A stretch of DNA of 64,000 bases, taken from positions 42,564 through 106,563 of the forward strand of contig CALRWJ020000007.1 of the NCBI GenBank assembly GCA_943371835.1, in the 5' to 3' direction. The notes below the pieces were generated by a model. The model saw only the letters and a program-made list of their open reading frames with translations, was not told the DNA's origin and ran no database searches. Of this stretch, positions 49,882 through 58,917 are shown one piece after another. A program made the translations under genes and the position numbers. The stretch is from Afipia felis. GTDB lineage: Bacteria > Pseudomonadota > Alphaproteobacteria > Caulobacterales > Caulobacteraceae. The first letter of the stretch is position 1, and each line of letters opens with the position of its first letter.

Positions 49882-50694
49882 TTAGAGCAGACGTTTGCGC
49901 ATGGCTTGTGACAGCAGGTCGATCAACGTCACGGCGACCACCACGATGATGACGATGGCCGACACGGCGCGGAAGTCGAAGGCGTTGATGCTGTCGAACA
50001 GCACCTGGCCGATGCCGCCGGCGCCGATCAGGCCCAACACGGTGGCCGAGCGGCTGTTGGATTCGAAGCGGTACAGGGCGAAGCTGGTCCACAGCGGCGC
50101 GACCTGCGGAATCACGCCCCACATGATCTCGTGCAGCTTGGACCCGCCGGTGGCGCGCACGCCCTCGACCGGTCCCTTGTCGATCGACTCCACCGCCTCG
50201 GAGAACAGCTTGGCCAGAACGCCCGCGGTGTTCAGCGTGATCGCCAGCACGCCCGCCAGCGGGCCCAGGCCCACGGCGACGACGAACAGGATGCCGATCA
50301 CGAGATCCGGGATCGAGCGCAGGATGTTCATCAGCCAGCGCACCGGCTGCACCACCCACACCGGCGCGATGTTGCGCGCGGCGGCCAGACCCATCGGTAT
50401 CCCCAGGAAGATGGCCAGGAACGTGCCCCACAGGGCAATCTGGACCGTCTCCCACATCTTGCCGACGAACAGGCGCCAGTTGGAGAAGTCCGGCTTGACC
50501 AGCTCGCTGGCCAGATTGTTCACCACGTCCGAGCCGGCGAACAGCTTGGGCAGATTGACCAGGCGCACGGCGTCGAAGCTGTAGATCAGCACCGCGGCCA
50601 CGCCGCCCCAGATGATCAGGTCCAGCAGCCAGGCGGTGATCGACTTGCGCGGCGGGGCGGGGATGTCGCCCGCCGGGACGGCGGCGGTGGTCAA
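49882..50694 (-). CDS. phnE: phosphonate ABC transporter permease
   Basis: ETVQIALWGT...PEG-like loop...ATVLGLIGAGGIG. TTG start overlaps the phnD stop; start uncertain. Confidence 0.85.
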   Translation of the reverse strand: MTTAAVPAGDIPAPPRKSITAWLLDLIIWGGVAAVLIYSFDAVRLVNLPKLFAGSDVVNNLASELVKPDFSNWRLFVGKMWETVQIALWGTFLAIFLGIPMGLAAARNIAPVWVVQPVRWLMNILRSIPDLVIGILFVVAVGLGPLAGVLAITLNTAGVLAKLFSEAVESIDKGPVEGVRATGGSKLHEIMWGVIPQVAPLWTSFALYRFESNSRSATVLGLIGAGGIGQVLFDSINAFDFRAVSAIVIIVVVAVTLIDLLSQAMRKRLL

Positions 50695-51701
50695 GGCTGG
50701 ACCTCACGCTTGGCGCGCAGGGCGTTCAGCTCGGCCTGGGCCGAGGCCAGCTTGGCCTGGTCGCCGGCGGCGCGCGCCTCCTGCACCTTCTGGTCGGCGA
50801 CCATCTCGCGCACCGGGTCCAGATAGGAATCGTCGGCCGCGCGGAACTGCGAATAGTTCAGGCCCTTCAGAACGGCCTTCTGGCGCTCGGCCTCGGCGCC
50901 CTCGCCCTGGCCGTAGGTCAGGAAGAAGGTCCGCACCTTTTCCTTGATCGCGGGATCCAGGTCCTCGCGGACCAGGATGCCGGATTCCGGGATCGGCGGC
51001 GACGTCCAGATCTCCTCGATCTGGGCGGCGATGGCCGGGTTCTCGCGGGTCAGGAAGACGGTGTTGACGGTGTTCGACGTCGCCACCTGCAGCACGCCCG
51101 ACGCCACGCCGAAGGCATTGGCCTGGTGGTTGGCGGAGCGCACGGTCTTGAAGCACTGCTGCGGGTCAACCCCGCGCGCGTTGAACAGGAAGGCCATGGG
51201 CGCCAGCGTGCCCGAGGTCGACTGGGCGTCGCCGATGCCGAAGTCATAGCGCTTGCCGCACGCCAGCACGTCGTCCAGCGTGATGCCCGAGCCCTTCCGC
51301 ACGATCAGGGTCGAGCGATAGGAATCGCGGCCCTCGACGTCCACGGTGCGCGCGATGACCTCGGCGTCGGCGCGGTCGATGGCCTCGATGGCGGACTTGG
51401 CGGCGAACCAGGCGATCTGGGTCTGATTGCCCTCCATCGCCTTGACCAGCACGGTGTAGTTCGAGCCGAAGAACGGCTCGACCGGCACGCCGACGGCCTT
51501 CTCCAGGTCGTCCAGCAGCGGCTGCCACAGCGGCCCGGCCGAGGCCTGACCTTCCGCCGACAGGATGGAGAACGTCAGCTTCGACGGCGCGCCGCCGGAC
51601 TTGGCGTCGTCGCCGCCGCCGCACGCGGCCAGCGCGCCCGTCAGGGGCAGCAGGGCAGCGCCGGCCAGCAGGGCGCGACGCGAAGGGATGAAGGTGCTCA
51701 T
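50691..51701 (-). CDS. phnD: phosphate/phosphite/phosphonate ABC transporter substrate-binding protein
   Basis: Lipobox/Tat-like N-terminus [21 protein letters not shown]; [11 protein letters not shown]; YRSTLIV. Confidence 0.85.
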   Translation of the reverse strand: MSTFIPSRRALLAGAALLPLTGALAACGGGDDAKSGGAPSKLTFSILSAEGQASAGPLWQPLLDDLEKAVGVPVEPFFGSNYTVLVKAMEGNQTQIAWFAAKSAIEAIDRADAEVIARTVDVEGRDSYRSTLIVRKGSGITLDDVLACGKRYDFGIGDAQSTSGTLAPMAFLFNARGVDPQQCFKTVRSANHQANAFGVASGVLQVATSNTVNTVFLTRENPAIAAQIEEIWTSPPIPESGILVREDLDPAIKEKVRTFFLTYGQGEGAEAERQKAVLKGLNYSQFRAADDSYLDPVREMVADQKVQEARAAGDQAKLASAQAELNALRAKREVQP

Positions 51702-52495
51702 TGCTGGGTCTCCCAGAAGGCGTCCTCGAACTCGGGGCCGTAGATGTCGATGAGGGTCTTGGTGTCCAGCCCGGTCGAGGGGCCGTCGTAGACGATCTTG
51801 CCCGCCTTCAGCGCGACCACGCGCTCGCAATAGCGGATGGCGTAGTCGACCTGGTGCAGCGTCACGATCACGCCCAGGCCGTCGCGCTTGTTCAGTTCGA
51901 CCAACAGCTCCATCACCTTGCGGGCCGACACGGGGTCCAGCGAGGCGACCGGTTCGTCGGCCAGGATGGCCTGCGCGCCCTGCACGATGGCGCGGGCGAT
52001 GGCGCCGCGCTGCTGCTGTCCGCCCGACAGGGTGTTGGCGCGTTGGGCGGCATAGTCGGACACGCCGACGCGGTGCAGCGCCGCCATGGCCTTCTTCTTG
52101 TCCGCGCCCGGCCACAGGCCCAGGGCGCCCTGCCAGCCGGGAATGCGCCCCAGGGCGCCCAGCATGACGTTGGAGAACAGGCTCAGCCGCCCGACCAGAT
52201 TGAACTGCTGGAAGATCATGCCCAGGCGGGCGCGGGCGCGACGCACCGCGCCGGTGACCCGACCGTCCTTCTGCACCGTCTCGCCGAACACGGCGATCGT
52301 GCCGCCCGGGTCGATCGGCTGCAGGCCGGTGATGGAGCGCAGCAGGGTGGACTTGCCCGATCCGGACGGGCCGATCAGGGCGACCATCTCGCCGGAGGCC
52401 ACCTCCAGCGAAACGCCGTCCAGCGCCTTTCGGGCGCCGAAGGTCTTGGACACGCCGCGCACGGAGGCGACGGCGGGGGCGGCGGCTGTGGTCAT
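51698..52495 (-). CDS. phnC: phosphonate ABC transporter ATP-binding protein
   Basis: Walker [10 protein letters not shown], signature LSGGQQQR, Walker B ILADEP. Confidence 0.9.
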   Translation of the reverse strand: MTTAAAPAVASVRGVSKTFGARKALDGVSLEVASGEMVALIGPSGSGKSTLLRSITGLQPIDPGGTIAVFGETVQKDGRVTGAVRRARARLGMIFQQFNLVGRLSLFSNVMLGALGRIPGWQGALGLWPGADKKKAMAALHRVGVSDYAAQRANTLSGGQQQRGAIARAIVQGAQAILADEPVASLDPVSARKVMELLVELNKRDGLGVIVTLHQVDYAIRYCERVVALKAGKIVYDGPSTGLDTKTLIDIYGPEFEDAFWETQQ

Positions 52496-52587
52496 GTGCT
52501 GGGGAGGTTCGACGGTTGATCGGACGACGCCGCGGTCGATGCCCGGGGCAAGTCTTAATGGCACGACGCCCCCGACGCCGTCCAGCG

Positions 52588-53802
52588 TCACCGGCCCGCC
52601 TCGACCACGCGGCGCACGTCGGCGGCGATCGGCAGGCGCTTTCTGGCGCGTTCGTCCAGGTCGCGCGCCATGTCCCGGGCGGGACGGACGAAGCGCGCGT
52701 CGCTCGCCAGCGAGGCCAGCGCCTTCTTCAGCCGCACCATCACGGCCACGTCGCCCGCGCCGTAGCGCGCCACCGGCCCGAACACGTCGTCCATGAGGTC
52801 GGCTTCCTGGATCGCAGGCCAGAACACGCGGTCATAGCGTACGCCCTCCTCCGCCTCCCGCCGCGACCATTCGTCCAGCAGGCGCACCCCCGAGCCGATC
52901 ACCTGGATCGCCGTGCCCGGGTCGTTGATCCCCGGCGACAGCGCCTTGGCCGCGATCTCTCCCAGCACGATCAGGCCATAGCGCGGGTCCTGGTCGAACG
53001 AGCGGGAACCGCCGACCGAGAACGCCGCCCGCACCTCCTTCAGCCGATCCTCGTCGCAGGCGTGATCAACTCGGGCCAGCGCCTCGCCCCGCCTGACGAA
53101 GGCGCCGGGCGGGGCCAGCACCTGGATGCGGAACCCGCCGGCCTCGGCCTGATCCTGCAGACGATCGACGTCGACGTTCTGGACGCTGCCGGTGCGCGTC
53201 GCCGGCACCTCCTGTCCGCCGCGCACAGTGCCGGAGGCGCACCCCAGTCGCGGCCGCTCCGCGCGATCCAGCAGCGCGTGGCGCGCCTGGTCCTCGACAA
53301 GGTCGACCATGTGGCCCACGCGCGCCAGGCTGGACAGACGGTTGATCCACGCCAGCAGGCGGAACGCCACGATCGCGACCACGACCAGGCTGCAGAAGAA
53401 CAGGATCGCCCGTCCGCCTTCGCCGTAATAGCGGGCGTTGATCGCCGTGACCGCCACGATGGCGTAAAGGAAGGCCCCGACGAAGGTCGACAGCGACTTC
53501 TGCGTTTCGCCGTCCGACGTCACCAGCGCCGCCACGCGCGGCGTCGCCTGCGCCGACACCGCCGTATAGGCCGTCACCATCGCCCCGACCGAGAACGTCG
53601 CCACCGCCAGCAGGCTGGAGGCCAGGATGGTCAGAATCTCCTCGACCGACTCCCCGCCGAAGCGATCGGCGATCTCGGGCGGCGGCAGCGGCGCGGCGAC
53701 GGCGGCCAGCAGCGCCGCCCCCACGCCCAGCGCGGCATAGGCGCCGGCACGGACCCAGAGCTCCCGCACCAGTCGTCGCCACAGAAATCGCCAGCGGTTC
53801 AT
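52588..53802 (-). CDS. DUF2254 family membrane protein
   Basis: N-terminal 4-TM region plus a soluble C-terminal domain ([15 protein letters not shown] is typical of DUF2254). Confidence 0.7.
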   Translation of the reverse strand: MNRWRFLWRRLVRELWVRAGAYAALGVGAALLAAVAAPLPPPEIADRFGGESVEEILTILASSLLAVATFSVGAMVTAYTAVSAQATPRVAALVTSDGETQKSLSTFVGAFLYAIVAVTAINARYYGEGGRAILFFCSLVVVAIVAFRLLAWINRLSSLARVGHMVDLVEDQARHALLDRAERPRLGCASGTVRGGQEVPATRTGSVQNVDVDRLQDQAEAGGFRIQVLAPPGAFVRRGEALARVDHACDEDRLKEVRAAFSVGGSRSFDQDPRYGLIVLGEIAAKALSPGINDPGTAIQVIGSGVRLLDEWSRREAEEGVRYDRVFWPAIQEADLMDDVFGPVARYGAGDVAVMVRLKKALASLASDARFVRPARDMARDLDERARKRLPIAADVRRVVEAGR

Positions 53803-53887
53803 GCGCCCCCCTTCATGGACCGAACACGGAACGCTTCAGGCCCCGCCGGGGTTCGGCGGGCGGTCGGCCCAGAAAAAACCGCTTTAC

Positions 53888-53905
53888 ATGACAGGTCGAT
53901 GACCC
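53888..53905 (-). promoter_or_regulatory. candidate Pho box upstream of DUF2254-phnCDE-pstS-like
   Basis: - strand reads GGGTCAT-CGAC-CTGTCAT, one perfect and one partial 7-mer at 11-bp phasing, ~85 nt upstream of ATG 53802. Confidence 0.4.
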
Positions 53906-53995
53906 CATATCGCGCGCTTCCGGCGGACCCCGTAGGTCCTGTCTGCGCCGCTAACGCCGGGTCTGGGTTCAACAACTAGCAGGGGGTTACGTGAA

Positions 53996-55261
53996 TTGCG
54001 CACGTACCAGTTTCCCCTGGACCTGGTCCGCGAGCGGTCTCCGGAGCGTCCCGTCGCCCTTGTGCGGCCGCGCTCCGTCTCCGTAGCGGCGCGCTGGTTC
54101 CAGGACAATCTGAAGGCCGACGTCTTCTATGCGGTGAAGGCGAACCCCTCGCGCTGGGTCATCGAGACCCTGGTCGAAGCGGGCGTCACCGGCTTCGACG
54201 CCGCCTCGATCGCCGAGATCGAGCTGGTCCGTTCGGTCATGCCGCAAGCGCGCATCGCCTTCATGCACCCGGTCAAGAGCCGCGGCGCCATCACCCGCGC
54301 CTATTTCGACCACGGCGTCCGCACCTTCTCGCTGGACAGCCATGACGAGCTGGCCAAGATCCTGGACGCCACGGGCAATGCGCCGGACCTGAACCTGATC
54401 GTCCGCATGGCCGTGTCGGCCGACGGCGCCCAGTATTCGCTGTCCGGCAAGTTCGGCGTCTCGCCGGACCAGGCCCCGGCCCTGCTGCTGGCCACGCGCC
54501 AGGCGGTCAAGGACGGGCTGATGGGCGTGTCGTTCCACGTCGGCAGCCAGTGCATGCGCCCGTCCGCGTACGAAGCGGCGATGGCCCAGGTCGGCCGCGC
54601 CATCACCCGCGCGGGCGTGTTCGTCGACATCGTCGACGTCGGCGGCGGCTTCCCCTCGGTCTATCCGGGCATGGTCCCGCCGGACATGAGCGAATACGCC
54701 GACGCCATCCACCGCGGCTTCAACGAGATGCCCGTGTCGGAAACCACCGAGCTGTGGTGCGAGCCCGGCCGCGCGCTGGTGGCCGAGTCGTCGTCGGTCC
54801 TGTGCCGCGTCGACCTGCGCAAGGGCGACGCGCTTTATCTGAACGACGGCTCCTACGGGTCGCTGTTCGACGCGACGCACTCGCGCTGGCCCTTCCCGAC
54901 CAAGCTGGTTCGTGACGGCGAGGCCTCGGCCGAGCTGAAGCCCTTCCGCTTCTACGGCCCGACCTGCGACTCGATCGACCATATGCCGGGACCGTTCTGG
55001 CTGCCGGCCGATGTGCAGGAAGGCGACTTCATCGAGATCGGCATGCTCGGCGCCTATGGCGTGGCCATGTCGACGGGCTTCAACGGCTATGGCGAGCATG
55101 AGGTCGCCGCGGTCGAGGACGCCCCCATGGCCTCGCTCTACGGCCTGGCCCCCCGCTCGATCCCGACCGTGCGCACCACGGCGGAAGAGCAGGCGCGCAA
55201 GGTCGTCCGCCTGTCGCGGCCCAAGGGCAAGGCGGGCCAGCGGAAGAAATCGCGGCGCTGA
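53996..55261 (+). CDS. type III PLP-dependent ornithine (Orn/Lys/Arg) decarboxylase
   Basis: PLP-Lys motif FYAVKANP, HVGSQ, GGGFP, CEPGRALV, GPTCDSID. TTG start 9 nt after AGGGGG. Basic C-terminal tail. Confidence 0.85.
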   Translation: MRTYQFPLDLVRERSPERPVALVRPRSVSVAARWFQDNLKADVFYAVKANPSRWVIETLVEAGVTGFDAASIAEIELVRSVMPQARIAFMHPVKSRGAITRAYFDHGVRTFSLDSHDELAKILDATGNAPDLNLIVRMAVSADGAQYSLSGKFGVSPDQAPALLLATRQAVKDGLMGVSFHVGSQCMRPSAYEAAMAQVGRAITRAGVFVDIVDVGGGFPSVYPGMVPPDMSEYADAIHRGFNEMPVSETTELWCEPGRALVAESSSVLCRVDLRKGDALYLNDGSYGSLFDATHSRWPFPTKLVRDGEASAELKPFRFYGPTCDSIDHMPGPFWLPADVQEGDFIEIGMLGAYGVAMSTGFNGYGEHEVAAVEDAPMASLYGLAPRSIPTVRTTAEEQARKVVRLSRPKGKAGQRKKSRR

Positions 55262-55360
55262 ATCGTCGCATTCGCGTTGTAATCAGCAGCGGCCCGTCGC
55301 TCCGTCCGGGCCGCTGTTTCCTTTGACGACGGGCGCTCACCAGTAAGGGAAACCAAACCG

Positions 55361-56416
55361 ATGAACGCTCCCGTTCAGACCAACCAAAAGGCCGAGCTGC
55401 TGCAGAACACGGTCGAGCACGTCGACATGACGTCCTTCGACGCGCGCCCGATCATCGATTCGATGCGCAAGATGTCCTTCAGCAGCCGCGACACCGCCCG
55501 CGCCGCCGACATCTTCAACATGGCGCTGGAAGACGAGGGCTGCTCGCCCTGGCTGATCCTGGCCGGATCGACTTCCGCCGGCGGCTGCATGCACGTGTAC
55601 CGCGACATGGTGAAGTTCGGCATGATCGACGCCGTGGTCGCCACCGGCGCCTCGATCGTCGACATGGATTTCTTCGAGGCTCTGGGCTTCAAGCACTATC
55701 AGGCCGCCGGTCAGATCGACGACAACGTGCTGCGCGACAACTACATCGACCGGATCTACGACACCTACATCGACGAGGAAGAGCTCCAGGCCTGCGACCA
55801 CACCATCCTGGAGATCGCCAACCGTCTGGAGCCGCGCGGCTATTCCAGCCGCGAGTTCATCTGGGAGATGGGCAAATGGCTGTCGGAGGGCAACGCCAAG
55901 AAGCCCGGCAGCCTGATCCAGACCGCCTATGAGCAGGGCGTGCCGATCTTCTGCCCGGCCTTCGTCGACTCCTCGGCGGGCTTCGGCCTGGTGAAGCATC
56001 AGAAGGAGCGGGCCGCCGCCGGCCAGCCCTACATGATGCTGGACGCCATCGCCGACTTCCGCGAACTGACCGACATCAAGATCGCGGCGGGCACCACCGG
56101 CCTGTTCATGGTCGGCGGCGGCGTGCCCAAGAACTTCGCCCAGGACACCGTCGTCTGCGCCGAAATCCTCGGCGTCGAGGCCGACATGCACAAGTACGCG
56201 GTCCAGATCACGGTGGCGGACGTGCGCGACGGCGCCTGCTCGTCGTCGACGCTCAAGGAAGCCGCGTCCTGGGGCAAGGTGTCGACCACCTACGAACAGA
56301 TGGTCTTCGCCGAGGCGACCACGGTCGTCCCGCTGATCGGCTCGGACGCCTATCACCGCGGCGCGTGGAAGAAGCGGGCGCCGCGCCGCTGGCAGAAGCT
56401 GTTCGAAAAGGCCTGA
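55361..56416 (+). CDS. deoxyhypusine synthase family protein (probable homospermidine-synthase-type aminobutyltransferase)
   Basis: LAGSTSAGG...DAVVATGASIVDMDFFEALG...MVGGGVPKNF...SWGK, collinear with the DHS fold. Confidence 0.8.
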   Translation: MNAPVQTNQKAELLQNTVEHVDMTSFDARPIIDSMRKMSFSSRDTARAADIFNMALEDEGCSPWLILAGSTSAGGCMHVYRDMVKFGMIDAVVATGASIVDMDFFEALGFKHYQAAGQIDDNVLRDNYIDRIYDTYIDEEELQACDHTILEIANRLEPRGYSSREFIWEMGKWLSEGNAKKPGSLIQTAYEQGVPIFCPAFVDSSAGFGLVKHQKERAAAGQPYMMLDAIADFRELTDIKIAAGTTGLFMVGGGVPKNFAQDTVVCAEILGVEADMHKYAVQITVADVRDGACSSSTLKEAASWGKVSTTYEQMVFAEATTVVPLIGSDAYHRGAWKKRAPRRWQKLFEKA

Positions 56417-56435
56417 CCTTTCGAAATGCCGACAG

Positions 56436-56462
56436 GGGCCGGAGAGCGATCTCCGGCCCTTT
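56436..56462 (+). terminator. intrinsic terminator after DHS-like gene
   Basis: GGGCCGGAGA-GCGA-TCTCCGGCCC followed by TTT. Confidence 0.75.
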
Positions 56463-56470
56463 CGCGTTTC

Positions 56471-56495
56471 GGAACCCTCTCCTCCGCCCGCCGCT
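56471..56495 (+). promoter_or_regulatory. near-consensus sigma-EcfG promoter (candidate)
   Basis: GGAAC-N16-CGCT (or N17-GCTT), one mismatch in the -10 element. It lies just after a terminator and 55 nt before ATG 56550. Confidence 0.3.
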
Positions 56496-56549
56496 TAACC
56501 GGCGACGCCCTCGACGCCGCGCGGTCGGGGCCCATAGAGGAGACCCGCC

Positions 56550-56873
56550 ATGTCCGACGATCAGAACCTCGAAGGCCGGGAAGCCGACGAAATGGGCGAA
56601 AAGCCCGACCTGGGGCGCGAACCCGATCATCTGAAGGAGGCGCTGACCGGGACCGACGTCGGCTCCGACACGCGCGCGGGCTCGCTCAGCGGCGGCGCGG
56701 CCACGGGCTCGGACATTGATCCCGACCAGGACGCGGTGAACCGGAGCCTCGCGTCGCAGGGCCGCGACCAAGCCCCGGCCCCGACGTCCGAGGCGAACCC
56801 CGTCAACAACGTCGGCGAGCGCGCCAAGGCCGAGACCGACGTGCCCCGCGGCGCCGACGCGGCCACCGGGTGA
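56550..56873 (+). CDS. hypothetical acidic, low-complexity (likely disordered) protein
   Basis: GAGGAG SD, high GC3, D/E/G/S/T-rich composition with no hydrophobic core. Confidence 0.6.
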   Translation: MSDDQNLEGREADEMGEKPDLGREPDHLKEALTGTDVGSDTRAGSLSGGAATGSDIDPDQDAVNRSLASQGRDQAPAPTSEANPVNNVGERAKAETDVPRGADAATG

Positions 56874-56922
56874 CGTCGCGGCGCCTTGCTGACGCCTTGA
56901 GTCTGGGCCAACGTCTCCGGAC

Positions 56923-57438
56923 ATGGCGAACCGGAAAGACAGCTTGCGAATGAAGGCCCTGGGCGTCTCGTTGGCCGTGGCGGCGGGTCTTGGTCTGGCC
57001 GCGTGTTCGGGCGAAAAGACCGGCGACGCCTCGGCCGAGCCCGCGCCGGAGGCCACGGCCAAGGCGCCGGCCGCGTCCACGCCCGCCATGGCGCCCGGCC
57101 TGCCCGCGGCGCCGCGCTCGCCCGCCTATGCGGTCATGCCTGAAGACGGCCGGCCCGAATCGCCCGCCACGGTCGCCGACGGCCCGCAGGGCGCCGGCGG
57201 CATGGTCACCTATCAGACCGCGATGTCGCCCGACGAGGTCGTCGAGTTTCACCGCCGGCACGCCGAGGCCGCCGGTCTGGCCACCGTCTCGACCATGACC
57301 TTGGGTGAGGCCCGGGCCTATGGCGCGGCGGCGCAGGACGGGTCGGGCGCCGGCGTGAACGTCGTGGCGTCGCCGGTCGCCGCGGAAGGCGACGGGGTGG
57401 AAACTTCGGTGTCCCTGACATGGACCGCCGGCGGCTGA
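56923..57438 (+). CDS. hypothetical lipoprotein
   Basis: Lipobox GLGLAAC after MKALGVSLAVAA (alternative start ATG 56950); Ala/Pro-rich linker. Confidence 0.6.
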   Translation: MANRKDSLRMKALGVSLAVAAGLGLAACSGEKTGDASAEPAPEATAKAPAASTPAMAPGLPAAPRSPAYAVMPEDGRPESPATVADGPQGAGGMVTYQTAMSPDEVVEFHRRHAEAAGLATVSTMTLGEARAYGAAAQDGSGAGVNVVASPVAAEGDGVETSVSLTWTAGG

Positions 57439-58067
57439 TCCTGGGCGGCGCGGCGGGCCTGGCCTCCGCCTGCGCCCCATCGCCGCAGGTCGACCTGGCG
57501 ACGCCTCTTCCCGACGACCGCCTGCTGTTCGCCCAGGCCCATCTGGAGCTTCGACCCCGCTTCGCCGCCCAGCATTTCGACTGCGCCGTCGGGGCGCGCC
57601 TGACCGCGCGCCCCCTGCCCGCCCTGACCGAGGTTTTCACGCGGCTGGCCTCCGAAGTCGCCGCGCGCGCGCCGCTCGAGGCAGGGGAGGCCGGCGACGC
57701 CGTCTGCGCCCGCCTGGCCCCGCTGGAGCGACGCGCGCGGGGAGCTTCACGACGCGCCGCCCTGGCCGCCGCCTATGGCGAGGCGTTGGCGCGAGCCGCG
57801 CCCGACCGCGCAGAGGCGATCCGCATTCGCGCCCGGGACGTCGCCCTGTCGGAACGGCTGTGCGGACTGTCCGACGCGGGCACGTCGGATCGCGGTTGGG
57901 CCGCCGGCCTCGACGGCTTCGCGCGCCTGGCCGCCTCCGACGCCGGCTTCCTTGCCCTGCTGGATCGCGCCGCAGTCGAAGTGGCCGAGGCCCGGCGCGA
58001 TGCGAGGGAAAGTCCCGCCTGCGCCGCCGAGCGGCGGAGCCTCAGCCCCCTGCCGGCCGCGGGCTGA
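57420..58067 (+). CDS. hypothetical exported protein (Tat/lipoprotein-like N-terminus)
   Basis: MDRRRLILGGAAGLASAC. Ala/Arg-rich; GC3 supportive but composition is low-complexity. Confidence 0.45.
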   Translation: MDRRRLILGGAAGLASACAPSPQVDLATPLPDDRLLFAQAHLELRPRFAAQHFDCAVGARLTARPLPALTEVFTRLASEVAARAPLEAGEAGDAVCARLAPLERRARGASRRAALAAAYGEALARAAPDRAEAIRIRARDVALSERLCGLSDAGTSDRGWAAGLDGFARLAASDAGFLALLDRAAVEVAEARRDARESPACAAERRSLSPLPAAG

Positions 58068-58917
58068 CCAACGGTCCGTACAGGTCCGTCCGCCGGTCGC
58101 GGAAAAAGCCCCAGGCCGCGCGGTGCCGATCCAGGAAATCGAGGTCGAACCGGTGCACCAGCACGCCCTCCTCGTCACGGCCCAGGCTTTCGACCAGATC
58201 GCCCCGATGGTCCGCGATGAAGCTGGAGCCGTAGAAGCGCTGGCCCACCTCGGTCGCGTGTTCCTGCCCCGTGCGATTGGCGCCGACCACCGGCACGACG
58301 TTGGACACGGCGTGCCCCTGCATGGCGCGTCGCCAGGGCTCGGCGGTGTCCAGCTCCTTGTCGTGCGGCTCAGAGCCGATGGCGGTCGGGTACATCAGCA
58401 CCTCGGCGCCCTGAAGCATCATCGCCCGCGCCGTCTCCGGGTACCACTGGTCCCAGCAGATGCCGACGCCGACGCGCCCGAACCGCGTGCTCCAGACCTT
58501 GAAGCCCGTGTCGCCGGGCCGGAAATAGTATTTTTCCTGATACCCCGGCCCGTCCGGGATGTGGCTCTTGCGATAGACGCCCAGCGCGCGGCCGTCGGCG
58601 TCCAGCATGACCAGGCTGTTGAAATAGTGCGGCCCCTCGCGCTCGAAGATCGACACGGGAATGGCCACGCCCAGTTCCGCCGCGACGGGCTGCAGCGCCG
58701 TCACGCAGGGATGCTCCGCCCAAGGATGGGCTTCGGCGAACCACTTCTCCTCCTGCGAGACGCAGAAGTACGGCCCCTGGAAAAGCTCCGACGGCAGGAT
58801 CACCTGCGCGCCCTTCGACGCCGCCTCGCGGACGAAGTCCACGGTCTTGGCGATGTTCGCCTTCAGATCCTCGCCATAGGAGGTCTGGATCGCGGCGACG
58901 CTGATCGTTCGGGCCAT
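58042..58917 (-). CDS. aguB: N-carbamoylputrescine amidase
   Basis: CN-hydrolase motifs ILPSELF, YRKSHIP and the catalytic Cys in VGICWDQWYPE. Confidence 0.9.
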   Translation of the reverse strand: MARTISVAAIQTSYGEDLKANIAKTVDFVREAASKGAQVILPSELFQGPYFCVSQEEKWFAEAHPWAEHPCVTALQPVAAELGVAIPVSIFEREGPHYFNSLVMLDADGRALGVYRKSHIPDGPGYQEKYYFRPGDTGFKVWSTRFGRVGVGICWDQWYPETARAMMLQGAEVLMYPTAIGSEPHDKELDTAEPWRRAMQGHAVSNVVPVVGANRTGQEHATEVGQRFYGSSFIADHRGDLVESLGRDEEGVLVHRFDLDFLDRHRAAWGFFRDRRTDLYGPLVSPRPAGG

